The notes below the pieces were generated by a model. It was given only the letters and a program-made list of their open reading frames with translations. It did not search any database and had not been told where the DNA came from. The position numbers and the translations under genes are program-made. From Bacteroidota bacterium (lineage in GTDB: Bacteria > Bacteroidota > Bacteroidia > 2-12-FULL-35-15), in the NCBI GenBank assembly GCA_016707685.1, contig JADJHE010000008.1, positions 31,300-95,299 of the forward strand: 64,000 bases of DNA, written 5' to 3'. Every line of letters begins with the position of its first letter. Position 1 is the stretch's first letter. Shown in pieces: positions 10,601-18,989 of this stretch.

Positions 10601-10873
10601 TTTGGTATAAAACGTTTTAAAGGTAACGCCATCAAATTTGCAAAAGCCCTCTCCAGTTCCTATCCATAAATAGCCATTTTTATCTTGTACGATTGAGTAT
10701 ACATACGGTTGTGTGATACCGTTATCAACACTGTAATTTTTAAATTGATATGCTTGAGAAAAGCCCGAAAAGCTCGATAGCAGCAGTAGGATAAATGCAA
10801 CTAATTTTTTGAAAATGCTTTTCAAGTTTCTAAAAATTAAGATTAGTAAGTGGTTGTTTTTTTCTTTTGTCAA
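7673..10873 (-). CDS. paralogous propeller/Y_Y_Y-TM-PP2C sensor phosphatase
   Basis: Same architecture and PP2C motifs: DIVSGDFYW, DATGHGVPGAFMS, FTDGYPDQFGG. It is convergent with the previous gene and overlaps it by 11 bp. Its 5' end overlaps the next gene by 44 bp, so the true start may be downstream. Confidence 0.85.
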   Translation of the reverse strand: MTKEKNNHLLILIFRNLKSIFKKLVAFILLLLSSFSGFSQAYQFKNYSVDNGITQPYVYSIVQDKNGYLWIGTGEGFCKFDGVTFKTFYTKEGLSDNFITSTYKDKNRNLWIGHNQGSVTFFDGKTFKSINTSGFAKSPVTQIIGDDKGFIWCATQNDGIFRINKSFEVEVFKIEFDQYNVFSIALSKNNDLLVGTAEGLIIYELVGENRKPKFIAALSEIENTKINCIVKKINSTSFWVGTQDLGLMLISPSAKKAHSYTTKKINPPEGCDLLNIQAVFEDKVSNLWIATFGSGVVKLTLSKNTLSYNEFAVFNEANGLGNNYTKTIYSDHEDNIWVGTFGSGAVMLTDNLFTFYSHTNPNYTNNITSIFINDVKWFGTENGLLKIDLNSKEKWLFYNSKNGFVDDRVTTIYKKDNNTLYLGTEKNGAYIFDITTGRFSSIFLNDDALSNSISYVTGYDKITFWATKAGVFKLDSDKKITTHYTTENGLPHNNINQLYLDKSKRLWIATHSNFISSIDTNDAVKNKKIYYGNDLINITGILEDYEGRFWLPTFGSGVFIVNKKGDIERLTTENGLKSNYCYSVTNDASNNIWIGHRGGLSKVKAGNRLISRYDKNDGINGDCNYNALTKDAYGNAWFGTTHGAIKFDPHKDKKNLIPPIVNISSIKLNDKDVDSLKNIVLDYDNYKIRFDFIGISFKANTNVSYQYKLEGFDEDWSDKSDNNFAQYGKITDGNYTFLVKAYNNDGVSSEIPFAVNITINPPFWKRTWFILICILIFAYGIFIIIKIRERNHRVFQAQLQKTINEKTREVIEQKDEIVKKNKDITDSIRYAKRIQDAILPGINKLKDVFPESFIFFQPRDIVSGDFYWFELYGNKLIIACADATGHGVPGAFMSMIGNTLLKDITSRSEVTSPAHALAALELETKILLHQFDDDPDQTNDSIDLVVCEIDIETYFVRICSTKRPVFVSKNNELKLLKKEVSETNEYETTDIQLAQGDLLYFFTDGYPDQFGGESGKKLKIAAIRDLLEDIKVLPIEKQSMIIDRFFNRWKEGNDQIDDVLFMGIKL

Positions 10874-11825
10874 ACTGTATTTTATAGTTTTGACCAGGAC
10901 TCCCGCCTATAGGCACTGTAAAGATAGGCAATGCATTTCCGTATTGATTGAGTACATACAAAGATACATTGTTGTTTTTAACAAGTACTTTTTTGTTTTT
11001 GATGAACTGTACATCCAGCGTTGTTTTCTTTTCTTTTTCAACCACCTTGTGATTGCTTGTTGCCCAAATATTATCGCCCGAAGAAGAGCTTAGTTCGCCT
11101 TTTTTTGCCATTGAAATAATATTGATGTTTCCATCGCTATCAAAGTCGAAATTGGAAACACTTATGGAAATAACATTTTCTTCAATAAAAGGATAAATGT
11201 GTGCAACATTGCTTTGGTTGTCCGAAAGTCGAAACGAGTATTCAAATGTAAATGCATTGCTTCCTTCTACAGGTTTGTTTTCAACTGGCGAAGCACTTAA
11301 AAAATAACGATATAGATTTCCATCATCGCCACTGATGCCTTCACAAATAATTTTAAAAATGTATCCATTTTGTGCTGGCACCCACTCGCCTTCGCTTGGG
11401 TTAAAAGGCCCAAAGGTGTACCACTCTTCGTCATAAATGTCTTCGCCACCAAATGTTTTGGTATAAATTAAATTTCCGCTTTTGTAGTTGCCCACTGGAT
11501 TATTGTTGCGTACATCTTTTGCTGTGTAGCATGTTTTTCCACCGTAAACAGTAAATTTTGTTTTGGTATTGTAGTCGGTCTTTTTTTCATCGTTTGAGCC
11601 ACTAGTTTCTGGATCAAACACTCGGATGTAGAAAGGCTTTACCTGAAACTTGGGAATTACAAAAAAGAAGGTTTGCGAAAAATCATCATCGCCCCATGAT
11701 TTATCTGCACCTTTTCCGAATGTAACTAAGTAGGGAATATTTTCTTCAACTGCAGGAATTTGCTGTGAGAAAGCACTATTGGAAAGGATAAAAATAAATA
11801 AAAAGTTGAGTACTCGTTTTAACAT
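10830..11825 (-). CDS. secreted hypothetical protein of 331 aa
   Basis: The signal peptide is MLKRVLNFLFIFILSNSAFSQQ. I recognise no catalytic motif. It sits between the thioredoxin-like gene and sensor phosphatase B on the same strand. Confidence 0.5.
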   Translation of the reverse strand: MLKRVLNFLFIFILSNSAFSQQIPAVEENIPYLVTFGKGADKSWGDDDFSQTFFFVIPKFQVKPFYIRVFDPETSGSNDEKKTDYNTKTKFTVYGGKTCYTAKDVRNNNPVGNYKSGNLIYTKTFGGEDIYDEEWYTFGPFNPSEGEWVPAQNGYIFKIICEGISGDDGNLYRYFLSASPVENKPVEGSNAFTFEYSFRLSDNQSNVAHIYPFIEENVISISVSNFDFDSDGNINIISMAKKGELSSSSGDNIWATSNHKVVEKEKKTTLDVQFIKNKKVLVKNNNVSLYVLNQYGNALPIFTVPIGGSPGQNYKIQFDKRKKQPLTNLNF

Positions 11826-11924
11826 ATAAGCGAAAGATATTTAACTCAACAGCAATTACCAACAAATTTGGACAAGTATCTCAAATTCAACGACCAACGG
11901 CCTTGAATTCTCTCTTGCCGTGTA

Positions 11925-13109
11925 TTATTTCAAAGCGTTTATTTTTACTAATAATTCTTGTGTTTCTTTTGAGTCATCTCCGCTTTTTTTAGCCAATTCA
12001 ATCGCTTTTTCTGCAATTTCTTTTGCTTCGTTTTTCTTTCCTAGTTTGTATAAAACAGCAGCATAGGTGTCATTGTAAGGATAATTATCGTCCAATTGAG
12101 TTGCTTTTTTAGCCCATGTTGCAGCATTTTCTAACATTGCTTTATCATTAATTTGCTCATAAAATGTCCAAGCATAACTGTTTAATTCATTCGGACTGTC
12201 CATTAAATACTTTGAAACAAAGTCAGAAGCAGCTTTTGCGTATTTATCTAAATCGCCAGAGCGCTGGTATAATTTTATATCCGCTTGTGCAATAATTTTC
12301 TCTGCATCTTTTGTTTTTGAATCGCGCAATTTTGTTTTTAATTGTTCGTAAACAACCATGTCTTTGCTTTGAATGGATGAATACAAGCCACTGTTGTATA
12401 CTTGATTAATCAAATAGTCAACAGAATCGGGACTGTATAGTTTTGCAAAAACAGCTTTGTTTTTTTCAAAATTTTGAAAAACAGGCGAGTAATAATCTCC
12501 TACATATTTGTAGATAATTGCCCAATTTGCAGCAGAATGAAAATCTTGCTCGTTTACGTTTTTAAAGTACTCGCCAATTTCTTTGTTATAGGATTGACAA
12601 GCATTTTCTAGCATGGAGAAATAGTTGCTAGCATACGTTGCTGTTACTTTTCCACCGTTAAAATTTTTACTGAAGGTAGCCAATTGTTTTTCGGTCGACA
12701 AAGCCGCTTCACCCGTTTTAATGAACTCTTTTACTGGTGCCGATCCGCATACACGGTGTAATTGTGTTCCATCGCTGCTCAAATACAACATGGTTGGATA
12801 GGCTCTGATATCGTACTTTTTAGCAAGTTCAATGCCTTCGCCTTTTTCCATATCAATTTTTGCATTGATAAAATTTTTGTTGTAAAAATCAGCAACGGTA
12901 TCGTTCGTAAAAACATTTTTTGCCATCCATTTGCAGGGACCACACCAAACGGTAAAACAATCAATATAAATCATTTTATTTTCCTTTTTAGCTTGTGCTA
13001 AAATTTCGGAAAATGTACCATGGTTAAATTCAATGCTTCTGTTTTGTGCGACAGTATACGAGGCACTCATTGAAAAAATAAAAAGTAAGGCAAACAACTG
13101 TTTTTTCAT
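11925..13109 (-). CDS. secreted thioredoxin-fold protein with a helical TPR-like C-terminal half
   Basis: The signal peptide is followed by a WCGPCK active-site motif (CxxC). Confidence 0.65.
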   Translation of the reverse strand: MKKQLFALLFIFSMSASYTVAQNRSIEFNHGTFSEILAQAKKENKMIYIDCFTVWCGPCKWMAKNVFTNDTVADFYNKNFINAKIDMEKGEGIELAKKYDIRAYPTMLYLSSDGTQLHRVCGSAPVKEFIKTGEAALSTEKQLATFSKNFNGGKVTATYASNYFSMLENACQSYNKEIGEYFKNVNEQDFHSAANWAIIYKYVGDYYSPVFQNFEKNKAVFAKLYSPDSVDYLINQVYNSGLYSSIQSKDMVVYEQLKTKLRDSKTKDAEKIIAQADIKLYQRSGDLDKYAKAASDFVSKYLMDSPNELNSYAWTFYEQINDKAMLENAATWAKKATQLDDNYPYNDTYAAVLYKLGKKNEAKEIAEKAIELAKKSGDDSKETQELLVKINALK

Positions 13110-13129
13110 AGTATGATGTTAAAAAAAGG

Positions 13130-13696
13130 TTAACTCAAGTCCAAATCTAGCGAAAAATTTTCAGGGTTCTTCGCTTTTTTAGTTTTGTAAAAATCCATGA
13201 TTTCCTTCATGTCTTTTTTAAAATCTCCTGTTGGATAAATTACTTTATCTATTCCACAGGATTTTGTTCCGTAATCGATAAAAGCCAAAGCAATAGGAAC
13301 CTTGGCTTTAAGCGCTACATAATAAAAACCAGTGCGCCACTTTTCTACACGAGAACGTGTACCTTCGGGTGTAATTACCAAACGTAATTCATCGTGTTTT
13401 GAAAACAAATCGGCCATTGCATCAACAGTGCTTGTTTTTTCGCCATCCGTATTTTTTTTATTTCGGTCGATGGGCACTGCACCCAGTGGACCCATAACAA
13501 GGTTAAATGGAAAACGCATCCATTCTTTTTTAATAATAAATCGTTGTTTGAGTTTCATGGTTTGAACGGTTCCGATGCCGTAAATGAAATCCCAATTGCT
13601 GGTATGAGGCGCAACAATAATTACGCACTTTTTAATGTCATTAGATAAGTAATGAGTCACTTTCCAGCCGAGTAGCTTGTATATGAATTTAAACAT
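13130..13696 (-). CDS. lysophospholipid / 1-acyl-sn-glycerol-3-phosphate acyltransferase family protein, PlsC-like
   Basis: It carries the HX4D acyltransferase motif (HTSNWD) and a PEGTRS motif. Confidence 0.7.
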   Translation of the reverse strand: MFKFIYKLLGWKVTHYLSNDIKKCVIIVAPHTSNWDFIYGIGTVQTMKLKQRFIIKKEWMRFPFNLVMGPLGAVPIDRNKKNTDGEKTSTVDAMADLFSKHDELRLVITPEGTRSRVEKWRTGFYYVALKAKVPIALAFIDYGTKSCGIDKVIYPTGDFKKDMKEIMDFYKTKKAKNPENFSLDLDLS

Positions 13697-13785
13697 GTTT
13701 CCTTTATTCTGAGCGAATATAAGGTATTTGTAAAAACAAAAAAAGGCAAACCGACCAGTTTGCCTTTTCCAAGTATTAATTGAGC

Positions 13786-14353
13786 TTAAATAGAGCTGTA
13801 TTCTTTTTCGCTAGTAAGGTTTCCTTTTTCGTCCCACATCATCCATTTCCCTACTTTTTCGCCCATAGCATAGTTCATTTCATAACGTTTAGTGCCATTT
13901 ACATCCCATACTAACCATAAACCATCTTTTTTGCCTTCTTTGTAGAATGCTTGTGCAATTTTTTGTCCTTCTTCGCTCCAACGTAACCATTCTCCTGTTT
14001 TTTCTCCGTTTACAAAAGCTCCTTTTTCCATTACTTTGCCTGAAGCATAAAAATAGGTTACTACACCATGTGCTTTACCTTCTTTAATTTCTAAAGTCGA
14101 TTTTTTAGCACCGTTTTCATCCGTTGAAGTATATGTTCCAGTATATAGGTTGTTGTTTAAATAATAAACACCCTCTTTTTATAGTGATTGTACTAGTAGT
14201 ACTTTTTGTCGAAATAGTAGGGCTTAAATCTTGTGCCGATACATTGATTGCAGACATGCAGCAAACAACTGCAAATGCGATTAATTTTTCATGGCCTTTT
14301 GGATTTAGAGGTAAATAATAAACTTTACCCAAAGTTAAAGACAAAAACAACAA
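13786..14353 (-). pseudogene. MORN-repeat lipoprotein of the YwqK-antitoxin-like family, interrupted by a frameshift at a T5/A5 run. This may be a sequencing error.
   Basis: ORF 14117..14353 carries the signal peptide. ORF 13786..14031 carries the MORN-like repeats GEKTGEWLRW, GKKDGLWLVW and GEKVGKWMMW. My retranslation shows the repeat frame continues upstream to about 14175 in a different frame, with the shift at the T5 run 14176-14180. Confidence 0.5.
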
Positions 14354-14447
14354 TGTTTTTATTACACAGCCATAAATATTTTCTAATGTTAAGTTAATGT
14401 AAAATTAACATAGGGGTTTGATGTAAAGTTTGCCTGTTTTGAATTAA

Positions 14448-14479
14448 AAAGCCCTTGTAATAGCTATTACAAGGGCTTT
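14448..14479 (-). terminator. rho-independent terminator hairpin
   Basis: Perfect palindrome AAAGCCCTTGTAATA-GC-TATTACAAGGGCTTT. On the minus strand it is followed by TTTTTAATT. It sits 3' of the 14497..14820 gene. Confidence 0.7.
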
Positions 14480-14496
14480 AATGTCAATTGATTAAA

Positions 14497-14820
14497 CTAT
14501 TGTTGCTCCAATTCAATAACCAGTGGCGTGTATGAATAAGGATTGATGTTAATTTTAGTTTCAGCGTAAGAGATAAAACTGATTTGTGCTTCTGTTTTTG
14601 CAATGTTGATGCTTGCAGAAAAATTACCGTTTAAATCGCTATAAACGATTTGCTCACCAATTTTAATTTCAGCACCAGCAATTTCTTCACCACTAACTTT
14701 ATCAATGATTTTTCCAGAAACCAATTTAGTAGTGTTTTTTTCAGCATCATTATTTCCATTACCAGCAAAGGAAGCCGTTGCGATGATAAATGTAAAAACG
14801 ATTAAAAAGAAATTTTTCAT
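14497..14820 (-). CDS. small secreted protein with a carboxypeptidase-regulatory-like (CarboxypepD_reg) beta-sandwich
   Basis: Signal peptide present. The pattern GKIIDKVSGEEIAGAEIKIGEQIVYSDLNGNFS is typical of the CarboxypepD_reg fold. Confidence 0.45.
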   Translation of the reverse strand: MKNFFLIVFTFIIATASFAGNGNNDAEKNTTKLVSGKIIDKVSGEEIAGAEIKIGEQIVYSDLNGNFSASINIAKTEAQISFISYAETKININPYSYTPLVIELEQQ

Positions 14821-14971
14821 TGCTTAAATTTTGTGATACAAAAATAGCTTAGCTGCGCAAAAAGTGAGTGATGCAAAAATTAAGGATGTATGAACATTGT
14901 GTTAAGCAATGTAAAGTTTATGTTAATGAAAAATATACCTTATCTTCGTCTAAAATAAATTATAGTATACT

Positions 14972-16190
14972 TTGAAATTCAACGATTTTAATTTTGAGTC
15001 CAGCTTACAAGAAGGGCTTGATTCAATGGGCTTTGAAAACCCAACACCAATTCAGGAGCAAGCAATCCCAATTATATTAAGCAACAAAGACCTTATTGGT
15101 TGTGCGCAAACAGGAACGGGTAAAACAGCAGCATTCTTATTGCCTATTTTAAATAAGCTTACCGCTAATCCAACCGATTTAACCAATACGCTTATTATTG
15201 TACCAACACGTGAGTTGGCTTTACAAATAGATCATGCATTGCAAGGCTTCGTATTTTACATCGGTGAGCTCATTAGCCATTTATGGAGGTAGCGATGGAA
15301 GTGTGTTTGAACAAGAGAAAAAAGCATTAACACAAGGTGCCAATGTAATTATAGCAACACCAGGCCGATTGATGGCCCATTTAAACATGGGTTATGTGAA
15401 GCTGGATAACCTGCAACATTTAATATTGGACAGACTTGATCGTATGTTGGACATGGGCTTTGTGGATGACATTATTAAAATAACTACCTATTTGCCAAAA
15501 CCGACAAACATTGATGTTTTCGGCAACCATGGCACCACGCATTCGCACCTAGCAACCAAGTTGTTGAATGAGCCAGAACAAATTACCATATCACTTTCGA
15601 AACCTGCCGAAGGAGTGGTACAAGGAGCATATTTGGTGTACGATACACAAAAGAACAATTTGATAAAATCGCTTTTATCAGGCAAAGAAAAAGAGTTGAG
15701 TAGTGTCATCATCTTTTTATCGACTAAGATAAAGTAAAAAGAACTGGAACGCGATTTACAAAAGCAGGATTAAAAGCAAAAGCAATTCATTCCGATTTAG
15801 AACAAGGTGAAGCGCGAAGAAGTATTGCGAAACTTTAGAAGTAAACAATTACAAATATTGGTTGCAACCGATATTTTATCGAGAGGAATAGATATTGAAG
15901 ACATTGGATTGGTAATCAATTATGATGTGCCAGGCGATGCTGCGATTATATTCACCGTATTGGACGAACTGCACGCGCTGCTTCAACAGGTGTTGCATTA
16001 ACCTTTATTAATGAGTACGACCAACAAAAATTTGCACAAATAGAAACCTTGATTGCGGCAGAAGTAAAAAAATTACCATTGCCCGAAGGCTTTCAACCAG
16101 GCCCTGTGTATGCTCCCGAAGTAAAAGTGAAAAAACCTTTTGTAAAAGGTAAAAAGCCATTCAGAAAACCAAGACCACAAGGGAAGTAGC
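14972..16190 (+). pseudogene. decayed DEAD-box ATP-dependent RNA helicase
   Basis: Q-motif and motif I (AQTGTGKTAAF) and Ia (PTRELA) are intact. The DEAD box is replaced by DRLD at 15429-15440. At least four frame changes occur, near 15240, 15735, 15810 and 15960. The C-terminal HRTGRAGATG-like motif VI lies in yet another frame. Confidence 0.75.
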
Positions 16191-16240
16191 AGAATTTTTA
16201 TTGGGATTGCTTTATGTTTTCTGAAATCAATATTTTGTAA

Positions 16241-16640
16241 TTGTCATTTTTTCTTGATATAATATGTGTATGTTTTAGGAGAGTTCGGTGACTCTTCTAA
16301 TTCAACATAAAACCTTTTGCTGTCAAGCCATTTAATATTAAACGTTCTAGAGCCCTTTGAAATGTTTTGTTGATCGTTCCAATTAAGAATAAGGTTATTT
16401 TCCACTAATTTAAATTTTCCACTCCATTTTAATCTATCTTTTTCTGCATAAAAGTTCCAGATTTATCGAAACGATAGGTTAAATAACCTTTACTGCAATT
16501 AAAGTTTTTGAGAAGAGCGAATCTTCACAAACAATCCATTCGCCAATAATTGATTCAATTTGGCTAATATTAATATTGTTTTGTGAGAATGTTGAACTAC
16601 TTATGATTACGAATAAGGAAATGACTAAAAGGCTGTTTTT
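16241..16640 (-). pseudogene. small secreted or lipocalin-like hypothetical gene broken by two frameshifts
   Basis: Minus-strand translation starts MGKNSLLVISLFVIISSSTFSQ (signal peptide). It continues in two other frames (..KGYLTYRFDKSGTF.., ..LKWSGKFKLVENNLILNWNDQQ..). No intact ORF of 60 aa or more exists. Confidence 0.35.
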
Positions 16641-16801
16641 ACCCATATTTATTTTAAATTAATTGATTATTGTGTTTAAAACTGTTAATTTAATTCTAAC
16701 GAAAATTTAAAAGCTAGTATGCTTCATCACCGAAACAATTTATTAAAATTTATGAAGTTGTTACAAAGTAAAAATTATTTAAGGAGCGCCCCTATCTAAT
16801 T

Positions 16802-17497
16802 TTAAATTTTGTTAAGTGGTGTATTCTTTTTCTTTCCTATTAGATAAAATTTATTGATAGTTGAATTATCTTCAATTGTTTCAAACCTGTTTTTTATCTT
16901 TTCCCATTGCGTATTGCTATATAAGTTCTCTCTTGAATATGAAGTTTGTATGTTGTTTAGAACAGATATTAAAATAATACCATTCTTATTTAACATGTTA
17001 GAGCACATTTCAATTATCGAGTCAGCTTTTTTTGATTCTATAAAGTGCAAGATATCGGATAAAATGATAAAATCAAATTTAAGTGCTTTCTCATTCTTTT
17101 TGCAAAAGTCGTATGCATCTGTATTAAAGTTTTCAAGGTTAATTGAGTCATAAAATTCTGTTTCATCAATCGGATTGAATTTGTCTTCCTCACCAGTCAA
17201 GCAGTAGCTATTTATTCTCTTAATCCAATCTGTTTTAATAACAGTTTTGTCAATTATTTTGGAATCATCTACTTCTTCCCAAAAGATTGCATATGCAGGT
17301 TTTCTATCGACAGGGGTATAACCGAAATCAACATTATTAATCCTCTTATTCTTCAATAATTCTTGAAGTTGAGTAAAGATAAAATTGCTCCCAATGTCTA
17401 AAACATTGATTCTATTATTTGAAACACGCTTATTTAATTGTTGAATTATTTTTTTCCTCATTACATCCGTTTGGCTCAGTTCATGTTGTAGATTCAT
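16802..17497 (-). CDS. class I SAM-dependent methyltransferase (putative)
   Basis: The motif-I-like INVLDIGSN is followed by an acidic and hydrophobic motif-II/III-like FDFIILSDILHF. The gene is AT-rich. Confidence 0.5.
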   Translation of the reverse strand: MNLQHELSQTDVMRKKIIQQLNKRVSNNRINVLDIGSNFIFTQLQELLKNKRINNVDFGYTPVDRKPAYAIFWEEVDDSKIIDKTVIKTDWIKRINSYCLTGEEDKFNPIDETEFYDSINLENFNTDAYDFCKKNEKALKFDFIILSDILHFIESKKADSIIEMCSNMLNKNGIILISVLNNIQTSYSRENLYSNTQWEKIKNRFETIEDNSTINKFYLIGKKKNTPLNKI

Positions 17498-17609
17498 ATT
17501 ATTACTAAATCAGTATAAGACTTCTAAGAGTTTTTGTAATATCAAAATACAAAATCAAAAAGATAAAAGTGTTTTCGTTAATAAGTGGGGTGGAAGAAAA
17601 TTAGCCATT

Positions 17610-17627
17610 GCAGGTGTTATCACCTGC
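17610..17627 (-). terminator. intercistronic hairpin GCAGGTG-TTAT-CACCTGC between the two methyltransferase genes
   Basis: Perfect 7-bp inverted repeat immediately 3' of the 17640..18395 gene. Confidence 0.3.
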
Positions 17628-17639
17628 AAAATGGTATTG

Positions 17640-18395
17640 CTACTTATTTTTTATAATCATAGCACTTCCTTGCCAATCGGGAAGCTCAATTAACGATTCC
17701 GGAATAGTACTTATAAATTCATTTATCGCTTTTGGTATTCCATCCCAATTGTGATTGTAATCGTGAATAATAATAACCCCACCTTTTGCCATACGAGGAT
17801 AGAAAAATTTTAATGCTTCAATGGTAGGTGCATATAAATCGGCATCTATGTGTGCCAATGCAAATGTTTCGTTTTCTAATCCTACCGTTGTTATTGGAAA
17901 AAATCCAGGTTTATAGATGATGGAATCGTTTCCATTGATGTACTTTTTTACTTCTTCAATACTGGTGTCGGCAAACATATTCGTTGAAAAACGATTGTCT
18001 GTTTGTTGTTCTTGTTTTAAATCATTGCTGGTAAAGCCTTCGAAGGTATCAAACAAATAAAAGGTTCTGCTTTGATCCATATAATGTATTGCTTTTGCAG
18101 TTTCTCCGCGATGTACGCCTAGCTCCGCAAAAGCGCCTTTTACATTATTTTTTTTCAATTGCTCCACCTGAAACCATAAATTATAAAAACGAACTTTATC
18201 ACGATAACTCGCTTCTAGCTTAATGAGTTGTGTGGAAACGAGTTTGTTTTTTACAGCATTTTCCCATGCATAAGGCTTGCTAATTTTATACGACCAAGTG
18301 GTTTCTAAATATTTAAAGCCTAAAAAAAGTAAAATCACAACGAGCAAAATATTTGCCGTTTGAAAAAGAGAGAAACCTAGTAAAAGAAGAATCAT
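17640..18395 (-). CDS. TylF/MycF-family (macrocin-O-methyltransferase-like) SAM-dependent O-methyltransferase with an N-terminal TM helix
   Basis: FAELGVHRGETAKAIHY and IDADLYAPT..VIIIHDY match the Methyltransf_24/TylF signature. Confidence 0.7.
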   Translation of the reverse strand: MILLLLGFSLFQTANILLVVILLFLGFKYLETTWSYKISKPYAWENAVKNKLVSTQLIKLEASYRDKVRFYNLWFQVEQLKKNNVKGAFAELGVHRGETAKAIHYMDQSRTFYLFDTFEGFTSNDLKQEQQTDNRFSTNMFADTSIEEVKKYINGNDSIIYKPGFFPITTVGLENETFALAHIDADLYAPTIEALKFFYPRMAKGGVIIIHDYNHNWDGIPKAINEFISTIPESLIELPDWQGSAMIIKNK

Positions 18396-18508
18396 GCTTG
18401 CATTTTAATGTATTCAAATATACATATTTTGCAATTGCGTTTTGTAGTTGATATTGTTACAATGGTATTAAAGAACGAAATGATTATGAAAAATAAGTGC
18501 CATCTTTA

Positions 18509-18775
18509 ATTTCGCCTCTTCGCGACTTTGTATTATCAGGGCGATTTAGCTTTAGTAAGATTGTGCTCCTCTGGAGCAGTATTGAATTTTAGCTCCATCG
18601 GAGCGTAATAGCAATGGATAATAAAATAGGAAAAAACAATTTGTATCGTAGTGAAATGTTTTAGTTTTATTTCGCCCCTACGGGGCTTTGTATTATAAAG
18701 GCAGTTTAGTTTTAGTAAGATTGTGCTCCTCTGGAGCAGTATTGAATTTTAGCTCCATCGGAGCGTAATAGCAAT
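18509..18775. repeat. tandem direct repeat: two structured units of about 107 bp, period 160 bp, with an identical 65-bp core
   Basis: The core at 18551-18615 is identical to 18711-18775. Each core holds two small hairpins, TGCTCC-TCT-GGAGCA and GCTCC-ATC-GGAGC. The 5' parts differ but each forms its own hairpin: TCGC..GCGA in unit 1 and GCCCC..GGGGC in unit 2. Confidence 0.8.
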
Positions 18776-18916
18776 AGGGAATTAAAACAGAAATTAAGCA
18801 AGCTCTAGAAGAGCGAAATGGTTAATATAATAATAAGTCGATATATAATTATGATTTGTATCAGAGTTATCGCTGACATTATTGTTGATTATAGTACCAA
18901 CAATTATTAGAGAAAG

Positions 18917-18989
18917 AAAAATTAAAATTTATTTAAGGGTTGCTTCATCCGACACACAATTAACCACAAACACTACGGACGAAGCAACC
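18917..18989 (-). terminator. strong rho-independent terminator on the minus strand
   Basis: Stem of 14 bp, GGTTGCTTCATCCG / CGGACGAAGCAACC, with one A-C mismatch. On the minus strand it is followed by TTAAATAAATTTTAATTTTT. Confidence 0.6.

Noticed and set aside
4345-10873. Calling the propeller/Y_Y_Y proteins classical hybrid two-component systems (HTCS)
   Set aside because: No HisKA H-box, HATPase N/G boxes, REC aspartate pocket or AraC HTH are visible. The C-terminal 250 aa instead carry PP2C/SpoIIE motifs (SGDFYW, DCTGHG, RDGMD, TDGYADQFGG).
14972-16190. Treating the DEAD-box fragments as three separate small genes
   Set aside because: The fragments are collinear pieces of one helicase with motifs in canonical order. 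None has its own start context.
18509-18775. Possible CRISPR array
   Set aside because: There are only two repeat units. The period of 160 bp and the repeat length of about 107 bp are far outside CRISPR geometry. No cas genes are nearby.
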